From the NCBI GenBank assembly GCA_036172245.1, contig JAYWIR010000007.1, forward strand, positions 62,001-126,000: a DNA stretch of 64,000 nucleotides, in the 5' to 3' direction. The first letter of the stretch is position 1, and each line of letters starts with the position of its first letter. The notes under the pieces were generated by a model. It ran no database searches. It was not told where the DNA came from and worked only from the letters and a program-made list of their open reading frames with translations. This stretch comes from Raillietiella orientalis. Taxonomy: Eukaryota. Below are positions 35,721 to 48,289 of the stretch, one piece after another. A program made the position numbers and the translations under genes.

Positions 35721-38700
35721 TCCACCACGCGGACGAAGGGGATCCACCCGCTGCCGCCTTCTACTCTTCCGCCTTCCTCCCTTCCCTCCGGACCAGCTAC
35801 ACCTCGGCCCGAAAACTCCTTCCCCCCGCCTCCGGGCCCACTGGCCCTTCGAGGCGGGAGGGATTGCAGTTTTCTTCCCGGCGCGCGCTGCCGTGCCGCC
35901 GCCCGCCGACGGCATCGGAAGCTCCGCTCCTGCCCGTCGCGTCGTCAGCCACCGCCCGCGGCCTTTCGCTCTCCACCGTCCTCGTCCCTCCCACTCCCTC
36001 CCTTCGGCAAAGTCGACTCCCTCGGGCGGTTCCCTCTCGATGCTCCTCGTGGCTTCGCTTCGCCCCAGGTGGCGGCGGCGGCGCTGCGATGCCGGACGGG
36101 GGCGCGGGAAGGATACACTGGTTCTCTCGCCCCCTCCCCCTGTCGCTCCCGGCCGTACGCTTTCTCCGTGTGGCCTCCTTCCCCGGATCGCCCCGCCCCT
36201 TAGGGAGCGGCTGCTCCCGTACCGGAGCTCGGAGGAAACTTCCCCAAGACTCCCTGCCGTTCCCGAGGCCACCGAGATCTTTCCGGAAGTCGTTCATTCG
36301 ACGCAGCTCTTCCCTGTGGACCGCGAAGAAGCCGCCGGTCCTGGGAACCTTCGGGCGGGAGGCCCATAAACGGCCCGCTCTCACGCGGACGGTCCTTACC
36401 CCTCGCCCCTCTGATTAGGGGAATGAGCTCCCATGGATGAGCCACTCGTGGACCGCGTCGCGGACGGGAGGCGGCGCTCTGGAGAGCGCGGTCGCATCTT
36501 CCTGGGGTCGCGGGTTCTCTGCTCACTGGCCATTTGAAGTCAGCAACAGCCGGGAGGGAGTCGTCGCCCCCAGGAAAAGGTCGCAAGAGAGCATAAAGCA
36601 GTGAGTGACCTCTTCCTCCTCCCTCACGGAAAAGGGGGGAGGAAGGGGATGACCGCTAGCGCGCTCGAGCGTCTGCTCCAGCTTCGAGCCTCCGGCGCTG
36701 GCCAGCAGCTTTCCCCTGCGGACGCGGGAGAGCAGCCACAGCCCCGGGAATTCGGTGGTCGTCCCCGGGGCAGGCAGCCCTCACCCCGAAGTTCCTCCTC
36801 CACCCCCACCTCACCCTTCCGGCCATACAGAGCGCACTCTACCTCCAAGAGACCCCTCAGAGTGGGTCTACCCTCCCGGATTCGGGGTAGGCACTCCAGA
36901 CGCCTTCCCGCAGCGTGGTCTTCCATCCGGGAGGGAAGGGGGGAGGGCATTGAGGTTGAAAGCCTAGGCTAGGGAGGGGCGCCTGCGGCTTGCAGCTGCA
37001 GGGTGAGGGCGTGGCCAGCCGTCGGAGGGTTACTTGGCCGGGGGCGGTGCGGGATATCGGGCGGACCCCGCTGGCGCCGGTCGAGTCCCTGCGACCGCCC
37101 TTCCTGCTCATCTGCTCCTCCTAGGGTGATGGCCGGACGGGGCTGAGAAAGGATGGGTCGAGGAAGCGCGCGACCTGACCTCGGCCAAGGGGCAAACGTC
37201 GTGATCCTCCCTCCCCCTCGTCTTCTCCCAACGTGCGGCACGGAGCCCTGGAAAGCCGGGCGGCGGCGAGGCACAAAAATCCGCCACCCCTCGCCCTTGC
37301 TGAAGGGATGGTCAGACGTCGACCTCTACCCTTCCGCGGGAAAGGCTCCCCTCCCCGCCATGACAGTCGGACACCGCCCTGTCGGTCATGCCGGGGACAT
37401 CGGATGCTGCATTGCACTGGATCCGTCTGTGCCACTCCTGTAGAGATCCAATGAGGTCACGGCGCGTCCGATCTGACCATTTGGGGTCGCTGCGTCCTGT
37501 CCGCTCACTTTCCCTTGCGCGCGCCTCCCTGAGGGAAGCAGGCAGGGAAAGGAAGGGGGTGGAGCAGAGGATGGGGCGGGATGCAGCCTTTCCCCCCCCT
37601 TTTGAGAATGAAAACGGGGAGGGAAGGGGAGAAAGAAGGAGGGGGATGGCGACCCCGGTTTCACTGTCTCGCGCACGTGGCAGCAAGGGGGCGAGAGGGA
37701 GCTCAAAAAAAAAAAAAAAAAAAGGGATGGGGGAGATGGGAAGGGAGGGGGAGGAGGCAGAAGGAGAGACGCCTCGTTCCACTGCTTTTTCGCCTCCCCC
37801 GCCCCTCTCCCTCCCCTCATGCTAGGCAGTCTCTCCCCTCGGGCCCCTTCCAACCCGCGCGCGCGTCCGCACACGTGCGGACGAAAGTGATGGATGGGAC
37901 GGGGGGAGGGAGGGAGCGGCTGCCCCAAGTGGAGCGCGTTTTTCTGGAGGCTGCTCCCCCTGTCCGCCCGAACACGTGTCAAGGGTAAGGGGGCGGCAAG
38001 CTCTGGTAGGGAGAAGGGGGGGGGGAGCGGCAGCAGAGGCAGGGAGGCCACCAGATCTCCAAGGGGCACGACCCTCTGGCCTGCTCGGCGAACGCCCTCG
38101 GGCGGCTTCAGCCATCAGGGGCCGAGGACGAGAGGGTGCTCTTCGCCTGCGTTCTGCAACGAGCCCCTTTTCCTCCCCCCTCCCAGTCGCCTGTGGCTGG
38201 CGGAAGGAGAGACACTCCCTGGTGCTTCGGTCCCTACTCCATCCCACCTGTGAGGGCTCGCTAGGGTCCCTAGCGGGGCGCGACCGGGAGAAGACGACCT
38301 CGGGCTGACCTCAAGAGGGGGAGGCCTCTCCGTGGAGCGGGAGAGGGAGGGAGGCGGCGGCGGGAGCAGGAGCCTCCGAGAGGGGAAGAGTGGGAGAGCT
38401 CCTCGGGCAGGAGTCCACCCTGCTGTGGCCCTTTTCCGTCAAGGTCGCGGGTCATTCCCTGAAGGAGGGGGAGGGAGGAGGAAAAGGGGAAACGAAGTCG
38501 TCCTCACACTATCCCCCCACGGATCGGCCGGACCCAGCTTCCAGGAAAGGGAGGACCGTTCACCCGTGAGAAACGACCTTTGTTTTTTGTCACTCCTTCG
38601 GGGCCACAGTCCCGTTTCTTGGGGAGAGAAGAGAACTTCGGGAAAGGGCAGGCGGGGAAGGAGGCAGCGGTACTCCCTTGGGCAGCGTCCTTTCCTGGAG

Positions 38701-38758
38701 CGGTCCCCATGTGGGGTGCACACCGCCGGACAGGGGCTTCGACTTATCCCACTTTTCA

Positions 38759-38860
38759 GGGCGGCGCCCCACTCCCGAGATTCCTAGAGTTCGACCTCGG
38801 CGTCTTGTGGTCAGATTCCCCAAAGGACGGGTCCCTCCCCTTTTCGTGTGCCTGCACGCC
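38759..38860 (+). repeat. Left arm of ~100-bp inverted repeat (partner 39167-39269)
   Basis: CCCGAGATTCCTAGAGT.CGACCTCGGCGTCTT...CCAAAGGACGGGTCC recurs inverted, ~85-90% identity by eye; DLGVLWSD may be a decayed YLGVxLD. Confidence 0.88.
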
Positions 38861-39166
38861 GCTCCGGAATCCCCGGGAGGAACTCCCGGGACGTCGCCGC
38901 GCTCACGGGCAAAGAGGGTTTCGATGGATTGCAAGTGGGGCAGGCTGGCCTCGTGCTCCCTCTCCGCCTCCTCTACCCGTGGCTCCCTCGCACCTGCCCA
39001 CCGGAGACCCAGGAGAACAAGGGGTCCTCTCGGCGGGAATTTCCGACCCTTGGATGCTCCAGGCCAATGCCTTCTCCGCGGCACCCCAGCTGCTGACGTC
39101 CGCCACCGCAGGCACGGCGGCAGCCAGGGACTTCCGCGCCTGCCCGCCCCCCGCCTCGCCTCGGTA

Positions 39167-39269
39167 GGCCTTCAGGCACACAAAAAGGGGAAGGACCCGT
39201 CCTTTGGAGGATCCGACCTCAAAGACGCCGAGGTCGGACTCTAGGAATCTCGGGGGTGGGGCTCCGCCC
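39167..39269 (-). repeat. Right arm of ~100-bp inverted repeat
   Basis: Inverted copy of 38759-38860; spacer ~305 bp. Confidence 0.88.
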
Positions 39270-39679
39270 CCGAGGTCGCACGCCAGCCACCCAACAATGA
39301 CGAGGGGGGGGCGGGGAGGGGCACCTCTGAGGTCGGGAGCTAGCAGACCCCGGCTTCGAAGGCGATCGGGTACGCCCAGTCTTTGCCGCATCTGCTCCGG
39401 CAGGACCTCCCTGCATATTTTGCTCCAGCCCATCGAGTGCGGTCCCTTCACTCCGCCGCCGTATCCTGGGCAGCCTGCGCTGGCAGTTTCCCACCATCAC
39501 CACCCTCATCCCAATTGATGCCCCCCCCCCTGCTCCTCCTCTCGGCCCGCTGTTTCCGAGGTCTCCGGAGGGTGCGGCGAGGCGGAAGTCACGTCGGCTC
39601 CTGCTGCTGGGGCGCGCGCGCAAAACTCGCCCCGAGAGCCGTCGGCGGCCCGCGAGCGCGACGGCCCCCGCCAACCCGC

Positions 39680-39915
39680 AGGGGAGAGGAGGAGGACAGG
39701 TAAGAAAGCGGGAAAGTCGAAGGCTCCCGTCTAGAAGGGGAGGGAGGCGGGGAATCCGGGGCAGCAGGGAAGATTGGGGGGGTTGGGTAGGGGAAGAATG
39801 ATGTGCCCTGGATTAGAGGGGGTGCCTGCCTCCGCCGCTCATGTCAGCGGCCGAATCCCCGAAGGGAGGGCAGCACCAGCTCGCGCATCCTCCGGGAGAA
39901 GAGGAAGCAGGAGGA
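39680..39915 (+). repeat. Diverged direct copy of 42970-43215; LINE RT domain 0 relic
   Basis: Shared CGAAGGCTCCCGTCTAGA, GGTTGGGTAGGGGAAGAA and TGTGCCCTGGATT; encodes CPGLEGVPA, resembling APGLDGIP. Confidence 0.8.
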
Positions 39916-42900
39916 TGGGCTGAGGTGGGAGCGCCTTCCGACCCTTCCTCCCTCTCGATCCGAGCCCATGCAAGGAAGGGGTACGGTCCAGGAAGAGGAT
40001 GCCTCGTCACCTTTCCCTGGGAAGCTGCGGGAGGATCCACCGGAGCATCCACTCTCGGGATCTCCCGCGGGCGGCAGGACATCTGTGGGGGACGCTCTCG
40101 AAAAAACCGGGCAGATTACCCCTTGCCCGAAGGCAGCGGAGGGAAAACCCGGGGTGTCCAGGAGAACGCACAGAGCGCGCTGGATCCTGCCTCCTTCCCC
40201 CCCCCCCTTCTTCCGCGAGGGAGGAGTCGAGTCCCGGGGGATTCCCGTCAGCAGGCCTCCTCGTTCGACCCGCCGACTCTGGAGGCAGGCCCTCGAGCTC
40301 GTGACCTCAAGACGAGGCCGAGGCGGCCCCTCCAAGTCGACGAGACGAATCTGGAATTTCCTGTCGGCGGCTCCGGAGAGGACGCAGCACGCGCGTGCGT
40401 GCGTGCGTGCGGCGGATGCCAGCGAAGCGGGGCCACACGCGCGCACCAATAAAGACAAAAAAGGGGGGGGGGAGGGAAGGCTCTCAGAGGGCCCTCGAGC
40501 GCCCCTACGCAGACTTCCATCGGGGAGGGGGGGTTATCCGCGCGCGCCCTCGGGCGGCTTTTGCTCGCCATCTCCGCCTCCGGCAGGGCTGCCAGTAAGC
40601 AGCAGCCGCCTCCGTAGGGTTTCCTCTCCGTGCAGCAGCAGCGGTTGGCGGCCACTCTGGATGTCGCCTTTTCCACCGCTGCTTCCCCTCCTCTTCCGCG
40701 CCCGCCTCCCTCCGTCCCACCCCTCCTCTCGGACCCACGCGCGCGCTCTCGCGTTCCGACGACGGCGCCTCGGGCCCTCTCTCCCGGCGCGCGAAGCTCC
40801 TCGGACGCCCCTGGCGGCTACGCACGCAACTCTTCGCTGGAGGCAACGCACCGTGGGGCTCGCGGAGCCGAGCGCCCCTTGAGGCCAGGCGAGGAAGAAC
40901 AAGGAAAAGGTTAAAAAAAAAAAAACTTAGCCCGCGGAGCGTCCCTGAAGCTGGCCCGGGGCAAGACCTGCAAGGCAAGAATCAGCCCCTCCGGCTACAG
41001 CGTGCTCGCGACCACGGAGCGAAGGACGGAGCTTTTATTCGTTGTTGTTGCACGCTCGCTTCTTCTGGCATCCCTTCCAAGATGCCGCTTCGGAGGATGC
41101 TGCGAGGCTTCCATCGTGATCGATGGAACTGGAGGCGAGAGAAGAGGACGGGCGCGCGTTCCCCCTGACCAGGAGCGTCGTGAAGACCTCGGAGGTGCCG
41201 CGGGAAGGGGTCGGTCCTGCTCTCCCGTGCATGCACGGACCGCGCGCGGAGGAAAAGGGGCGCCCACCCTGAGCCGTCCGGCCCGGGACCTCCAGCGGGA
41301 CGAGTCGTCGCTCCCATCACCTCTCCGGAGCTCCTCAAGACGTCACGCGTTCCCGGAAAACCGCATGCGCGAGGAACGCGTCTCTTCCGCGTGCGCGTTC
41401 CCGGCGATCCCGTACAGAGGCGGTGGCGGCGGCGGAAATCCCTCCGGAAGGAACTTCCGGGCGTGGCCCGCCTTCCGTCTCGGGGTCTCCCGTGGCCGCG
41501 AGGCTGCCCTTCCCTACCTGGCCGCCAGCTCGCGTGGCAACCGCGCTGCCTTCCCTGAGTCCCGCCATCTTCGTCCAGCAGAATCCGAATTTCTCCCCCC
41601 CCCCTTCCCCCCCTCTTCCTCCCAGGATAGCTCCGTGGCGTGACGGGAACTCGTGCGCTTGTAGAGTGCTCCTACGCTCTGGATGGCGAGCACCGCGAGA
41701 ACGCGTACTGTCCGCGCCCGAGGGCATCTCGAGACACGCTCTCGCTGTGCTCAAGGGTACCGCGAGCCCCACGGCGTTCACGTGGACGGGAGTTTCCTCG
41801 TTGCGAAAATGCTGCGGTCGAGGGCGGTTTCGGGTCCGCGAACGTTTCCCTGACAACCCTCTGAACGCGGTCGCGAGCGGCGCAGGAGAGATCCACGTAG
41901 ATCGGCAGCCTGGAGGATCTCCCGCTCGGGGCAGGGGACTCGCCAGGGGTGGATCAGGGCGCCGTTCGGATCGCAGAGCCTCCTGTAGCCTGCTTGGCAC
42001 CGCCACGGATCCGACTCCAGGTGGCGCTCGCTCGCGTCTCCGCCCACGCCTCGTTCCCTCTATGAGAGCGGGCATCTTCGGGACATCTTGGAGCAATTCG
42101 GGGAAGCGAGAGATTTTTCAGAGCCTGTCAGGGAGTCTCAAGGGGACAGCGATGACCCGGAACGGGGTGTCCCGGCCTGGGGAGGGAGCCGCGCGCATGC
42201 CGAGAACACGTGACGGCCGGACAGTGGACGAGGCTGCCGCGTCCCGGCGACCGCAGCCGGCGTCATCTCGCCTTGGGCGTGTCTCGAGAGGTCGCCGGAG
42301 GTGCGGGCAAGGAGGAGGACTCGGAGCCATAAAGGCGGCTGCGTCCTCGGGAAACGACGCGCCGCGTCGAGGTGCAGCTGGACCGCAGAGGTTGTCCCTG
42401 GCAACAGCGGCAGCTCGCCAGCCAGTTCGCGCGGTTATTCATTAAGCGTGCAGCGGGCAGCGGCAGCCACGCCTTGCCTGCGTCGCTAAATGAGTCTCGA
42501 ATGATGTCATTAACGCAGAGAGGTCAGAGAGTGGAGGAGGAGGAGGGGGGGCAGCGGCAGGGAGGGAGGGATGGAGTGGGTGCACACACTGCCCGCTCTT
42601 TCCCGCGTCACCAAGCTCCGTCGCCGGAAGCACCGACGTGACCCGGTCGGCGGCGAGGGTCCCGAGCCAAAGCGGCGCGGGGGCTGCTTTTGCTCGGGGC
42701 ACAGCTGCCGTACGCGCTGGGTCGTCGTGTTGGAGGGGGCGCTCCGGGAGCGACGCGCACTCTGAGGGAGAGGGAGGGAAGGTGACCCACCTCTGCCCCA
42801 GGTCCCTGACCCCGAAAAACCTCAGGAGTCGCCTCCTACCTCTCCGTCGAATCCTTTCTGGGAGAAATGCGGTGTCCGGAAGTCCAGCGGGGAAGCCCAC

Positions 42901-42969
42901 GGGCAGCGGCAGTGGGGTTCCTTCCCCTCCTCCTCGTGGGAGGAGAGGCCACGGGATTTTCGGCGCGGA

Positions 42970-43215
42970 GAGTAGGGAAGGAGGAGGGAGGCAGGTGAGA
43001 AAGTGGGAAAACCGAAGGCTCCCGTCTAGAGGAGGAGGAAACCCAGGGGGCGCGGAGCAGGGAAGATGGGACAGGTTGGGTAGGGGAAGAAGGGTGTGCC
43101 CTGGATTGGCGGGAGTGCCTCCCCCTGCCGCTCGTGTCAGCGACCGAGTCCCCGAAGGTAGGGCGGCACCAGGCCGCGCTTCTTCCTCCTCCGGGAGAAG
43201 GGGAAGCAGCAGCGC
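42970..43215 (+). repeat. Diverged direct copy of 39680-39915
   Basis: Same shared blocks; encodes RRVCPGLAGVPP. Confidence 0.8.
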
Positions 43216-43699
43216 ATCCTTCCTGCCGCTCCTTCCTGTACGGTGAGTGTCTTTGGTGCCTCGGAGTGTCTTTCTGATTGACGAGGAGGAGGAAGCGAGT
43301 GCTCCCCCTTCCTCCTTGCATCCAAGGGGTGTGTGCTCGGCGACGGAACGAAGAGGTCTTTCGTCCCTTTTTCTTTCGCTTTCCTGACCTCCCCCCACTG
43401 CAATCCACCCTTCCACGGAAACGGCTGCCTAACCTCGTCGGGGCGGGCCAGGGTCGCCGCCGTCCGTTCGCCTGCACCAAGTGGTTTATCAATTGGTCAC
43501 GCCGGGACGCTTATTATAAAAAATAAAATACGTGTGCAGCGCCATCGGCCGGAATCTGCCGAGTAACCGGCACGCAGGCCGGCGAGGTTCGCCTCGGAAG
43601 CGGAGATGAGCGAGGAGCAAGCAAAATGAAAATAAAACAAAAAAATACGTACAAAAAATTGGGAGTGTTAGGGAAGGGATCACTGTCCACTGGAGGGAG

Positions 43700-44410
43700 T
43701 CCTCTTCATCCTTTCCAGGATGCCGGCAAGTTCCATCCGAGTATGCCCTTGGTGGGGCCATCTTCGTCCGCAGGAAGCGCGGGCGAAGCAGAGGACATCC
43801 TTATCACGCCGTCCTCCTCTTGCATAGCTCCAGACCGTCGCAATCCCGCGTAGGAAGCAGCAAAGAGCTGCTGGGGATGTAGCAGGCGGAAGGGCGCTTC
43901 ATCACATCCCTGGGATTGTCCATCGGTGCACATAGGGCCGTTGCAAAACGCAACCACAGGGGCCGGAGGGCAACATGGTCTACAAGAGGTGCTGGAGGGT
44001 TCCCGTTCCCCGCACCTGCAATAGTCGGGGTCCACAGCCCCCCGGGACGAATGGGAGCGACGGGCACTTCAGGAGCAGGGTCTGGTTGTTCTTCAGCACT
44101 GGAGGCCACTCGAGATCTTCTAGTAGGATCCTCAGCAGCTCACCCCAGCACAATAGTCCCTTCGGTTGATTACTTGAGGCCGCAACGACCGTGAGATAGA
44201 CAGTGGTCCAATCACCTAATTCCTTCGCTCTTCCACCAATCTCACATCGGACCTCCCTTCTGGTCGGCTGGTCACTGCCCAGATGCTCCCTGAGGGAGAG
44301 CAGTGCCGCTGCCAGGGAGGCCCTTTCTGCCCAAGCACGAGAGGAGGGCTGCACGATGACGTCCTGCAGCGAGCGGTTGTTTGTCACCCGGGTGCGGCGG
44401 AGCGTTTATT
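43700..44410 (-). mobile_element. Decayed LINE ORF2 C-terminus with CCHC-type motif
   Basis: Frameshifted YLT(G)RCGLK (LTGHC) followed by YCRCGERE/TLQHLL* (CxCGxxETxxHLLxxC). Confidence 0.5.
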
Positions 44411-44599
44411 CCTAAACTATCCAGGAACAGAGTTCCCGGACAAAGGACACAGAAGAAACGAAAGGGAGGATCCCCGATACGCAGGTCGGTAAACCGAAAG
44501 TCCGGAACGGGAGGGAGGGGACCACAAATACACCTATAAAAAATAGAAATAAAGATATGGGGAGGGTAGGGGACAGGGGTCTTTGGTTTGGCCGTTCCT

Positions 44600-46420
44600 T
44601 TCTTTCAGAACCGGCGTGGTTGGATGCCGGAGATCTCGTTCCTTGCATGTTCCGGAAGATGAGGCCACACGGCAGCCGACGCCATGTTCTCGCCGGCTAT
44701 TCCGGTGGCCTGACGACGAATCGCCTGCTTCTCCAGCTCTCGGTGGGCCTTGTCGATGGCGCGGGTGCAACAGACCGTTGCGATGACAGCACCTAAGGAC
44801 AGGCTGCCTGGCGTGAAGAAGCGGCGCATCAAGTCTCTTGCGGTGTCCCCCTGGTGCAGGAGAGCGGTTGTTGTAGAAGGAGTGCAGCAGTAGCCGCCGC
44901 ATCTCCGGGCTCGTTTCGTTGTTCTTGGCCCATGTGAGGACGGTTTCCTGCAACCAGGCGATACTGTTCGCGGTCCGGCAGGAGATCCAAGTGTTGGTCC
45001 TGGTCAGCTTGGTCACCCGCCGTAGCCCCAGTCCGCAGCTTGACACGTGTCTGCGCTGCCGCGCCAGGAACGGAGGCAGTCCCGCGTAGCCGGTGCCTCT
45101 CTTGACCGGGTATCGTGAGGGCCCGCACCAGTTCGTGCTCCAAAGTCTTCGCCACTAGGGCCAGTGTCCTCCACTGGAGCAGCAGCTCCAGGCGCTCCAG
45201 TGTCAGCAGACTGAGACCTCCGTCGCTATGCGGAGCGCACAAGTCCTTCAGGCGGACTCGGGACACCAAGTGGTAGGACCCTCCTTGTTTTCGTCTTCAG
45301 TTCTTCCCAAGTTTTCCTGCACTGAATAGGCGCGAAGGTCTCGCAACCTTCGCGGTGTTCGGAGTCGCTCCCTGGACTGTGTTTGGAATGCGATGGTGGG
45401 TCCATTTCGGCATCTCCCCATAACCACGGATATCGCTATCACCTTTCGACAGCACCATCAGTGCAGTCAATGCTTGCCGCACGCTGACCTTTCCTCCTTC
45501 TTGTCCTCCTGGTCATAATGCTTTGCATGAAGTAGTTATCCGCCATCCTCGCCGATGGCCTGTAGGAGAGAACGTTCCTTCTTCTCCCGCCAAGCATATC
45601 CCGCCGCGGAATTCAGGGGCTCCCTGCATCCCACAGTCCCTAGACGTCAAGCATTGGTGCGCCACCTCCGCGTGCCTTGAAGTATCCGTTCCTTGTGGTT
45701 GTTCTCCGCGGCCCCAGTTTGGTGCCGCACAGGAGCTGCTGTGACAAAACGCGAGCAGGGGTCACTCTGTACCTTCGGCGGTGGGTCAGACTTCCGTAGG
45801 GTTGTTTCAACTGCTAGGAGGGGGTTGACTTGACTCCACAAGGTCTGGATGCTGATCCTTGAGCTTCTGATGCAGTGCTGCTTTTTACGATGGCCTTGCG
45901 GATTTGTTTCCCTCTCCCCCCCCATCCCCACGCCCACTTCCTCCTCCACGTGTATACCATCGACGCCTTTGGCTCGCTACGTGTCTCACGCTCTGCGTGC
46001 GTGCGCACTTTGTGGCCTTCCAGCCCAACCTCGTACCTGTGCAGCCACAGTTCCCGGCCACCGCCACTTCTTGTCAAGAACACTCGCATCCCTGCACGAC
46101 TTTCCATCCGCGCCGCTGCTGAACGCAAGACAAGAGGACGTAGGGAATTACCTCGATCAGTTTCTTTCGCCAGGAGTTCCCTGCTTTTGGGAGGATCGCT
46201 CTGAGGTCACGTGATGCTGCTCACCGCCAAAGACGAGTGAGGTGAGGGGTGGGTGTTCTCTCTACCGTTTTCATAGCAGTCCAGAAAGGCCGCTTTCCAA
46301 GATTTCTCCAGGAAGAACCTGATCGCGCATTCCTTCTGGTTTGTCCGTGGAGGCGAAGCGTGGTAAACTGTTCTGCAAGCGGTGAGATTTCGGCAGCATA
46401 TGCGGACTCGTGAGCTGGCG
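44600..46420 (-). mobile_element. Decayed non-LTR RT pseudogene (possibly L1/Tx1-like)
   Basis: In order on the minus strand: NSLRPLVL (RPISL), AKGVDGIH (KAFDxV), VQSDPCS (QGDPLS), LCAPHSDGGLSL (PxxxGGLGL); multiple stops and frameshifts. Confidence 0.55.
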
Positions 46421-48289
46421 GAGGGTTGCCATGGGTAACACACGAGTGCATACGTCCACGCACCGCAGCTGCACGTAAATACACAAATGCGAACAAAACA
46501 AATCCATAAGCTCCTCCCGAAGGGAACCAACGTCAGGAGCTGAATTTCCACAACACGGCTTTGGAAACTGCGGTCGTTACAGGCGTGCTGTCGAGGAATG
46601 CCCACCTGGAGGAAGGGGGATGGGGGGCACCAAGACGGACACGTTCCATGAGCAAGGAAACAGACGTCTTCTTTCGGAGCATTTATTGAAGGGAGAAAAA
46701 AGGAAAAAAAAATGCAGAGCAACTGCAGCAGATACCAGTAACTCTTCCCATTCTTGTTGCAGTTTAGATAGCCATTTCATGCGTTTCTATGCGACGCCGT
46801 CTCAAGGTACCTCTGCGGAGCCTTGCGAAGTTCTCGCCATTAGAACGTGGGGGTACTGAACTGATGAATGCCCGCGAAGTCCTGCCAAATTCTGCTTGGT
46901 GCCGCGCCTATCTCACGCACCCCTCCTGCTTCCTTGGAGCAGCGTGGCATCCTGCCGGAAATCGGACTGGCTTCACACAACTCTTTGGCAGGGACGGAAC
47001 TCGCTGAAAATGTCCCAGATGTGCTGAAGGTGTGCGGTGGTGCCAATGACCACGAGCCCTCATGGAGATGACAAACTAGCGGTGATGATAATGAGATTCG
47101 CCGGGCGGGTGCAGGAACATCTTCGAGGACCATCCGTATATTGCTTGACGCCTTCTCTGGCCTTTCTGTTGATATTCCGCATCTGCTCGGCTGATCAAGG
47201 GGTCAAGGAAAATATCCGAAAGAAACCATACATGAACCCACTCCCTCCGACAAAAGGAAAGAAGAAAACACTCGACGAGAGCTACAGGACCAAGCGAGGG
47301 AATAGCGTTCTGCATCCGCTTCCGAAAAAGCGGCCTGCCGGTCGCGAAGCGCGCTGCTCCGCAGACGAAAGGGCGCGAGTGCCAAGAGGCGCATCTCACA
47401 CCTGTTGCACCTGTTGCTCGGCAGCACGCACTTTCCGTTACGTTGCGCAACAATCGCGAACCTTTCGCTCCGTCGCTTAGGAACCCGGGCGGGACCCGGT
47501 TTCCAAGCACGCGGGGGCGGACGCGTCTTGAGCGAGGAAGAGAGGAGAGGATCAAGAGAGGGTCGAAACGACCAACTTGGGCAGCAGCAAAACAACAAAC
47601 GGGGTTCCAGGATGCAGTTCAATGAAATGTCTTTTCCCCAGTGAGATTCAGGTGCGCGTCCCCGGAGATTCTTTATTTGTTTACAGAATGGTGCATTCCT
47701 ATTGGTTAGAGCAAGTTCACAATTTCACAGCAAACTACGGGCGCCGTTTTTTTTTTTTTTTTTTTTTTTCGCTTTTCGCATTTCTCCCCCTCTTTTTTTC
47801 CGACGTGTTTTCAAAATTCTCGGAGAAATTTTTTCGCTGCTTTTAATGGCAAAACAGCGTCGAATCTCGAATGAGACAAACAGGAAAGCAGGGCACCGTA
47901 AAAGCATTTTACGCGAGGAGGAAAAGCTGAGGAAAGTGGCAGGGATGCGGACAGTGGCTGCTGTTAACGAAGGTTCCCACCGCGACAGCTTGAAAAGAGG
48001 AAAGCTTGGACAACCGAAAGGAGCCAGGGAAAACAAAAAATGGAAAGAAGGAAATGGGTGAAAGCTTTCAGCTTCTTAAAATCTGGGAAAGTAGAAGAGA
48101 GGCACTCTCGAACGCCGAGTTGGGCGGGGCATTCGCGGCCGCCGGCTGTGTCGCATTCGCAAAATGTGCCGTCGTGTCGTCACACTCCTGCTTGCTGCTC
48201 GCAGCCTTTCCCTTCAGCTCGTATGCTCTCCGGCTTCCCCGGTATCCCCCGGTAAGGGAGATACCGAAGGCATGGAATTCTCCCAAAGG

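Noticed and set aside
46995..47045. Cys pair resembling a piggyBac C-terminus
   Set aside because: A single short motif, with no transposase core or terminal repeats.
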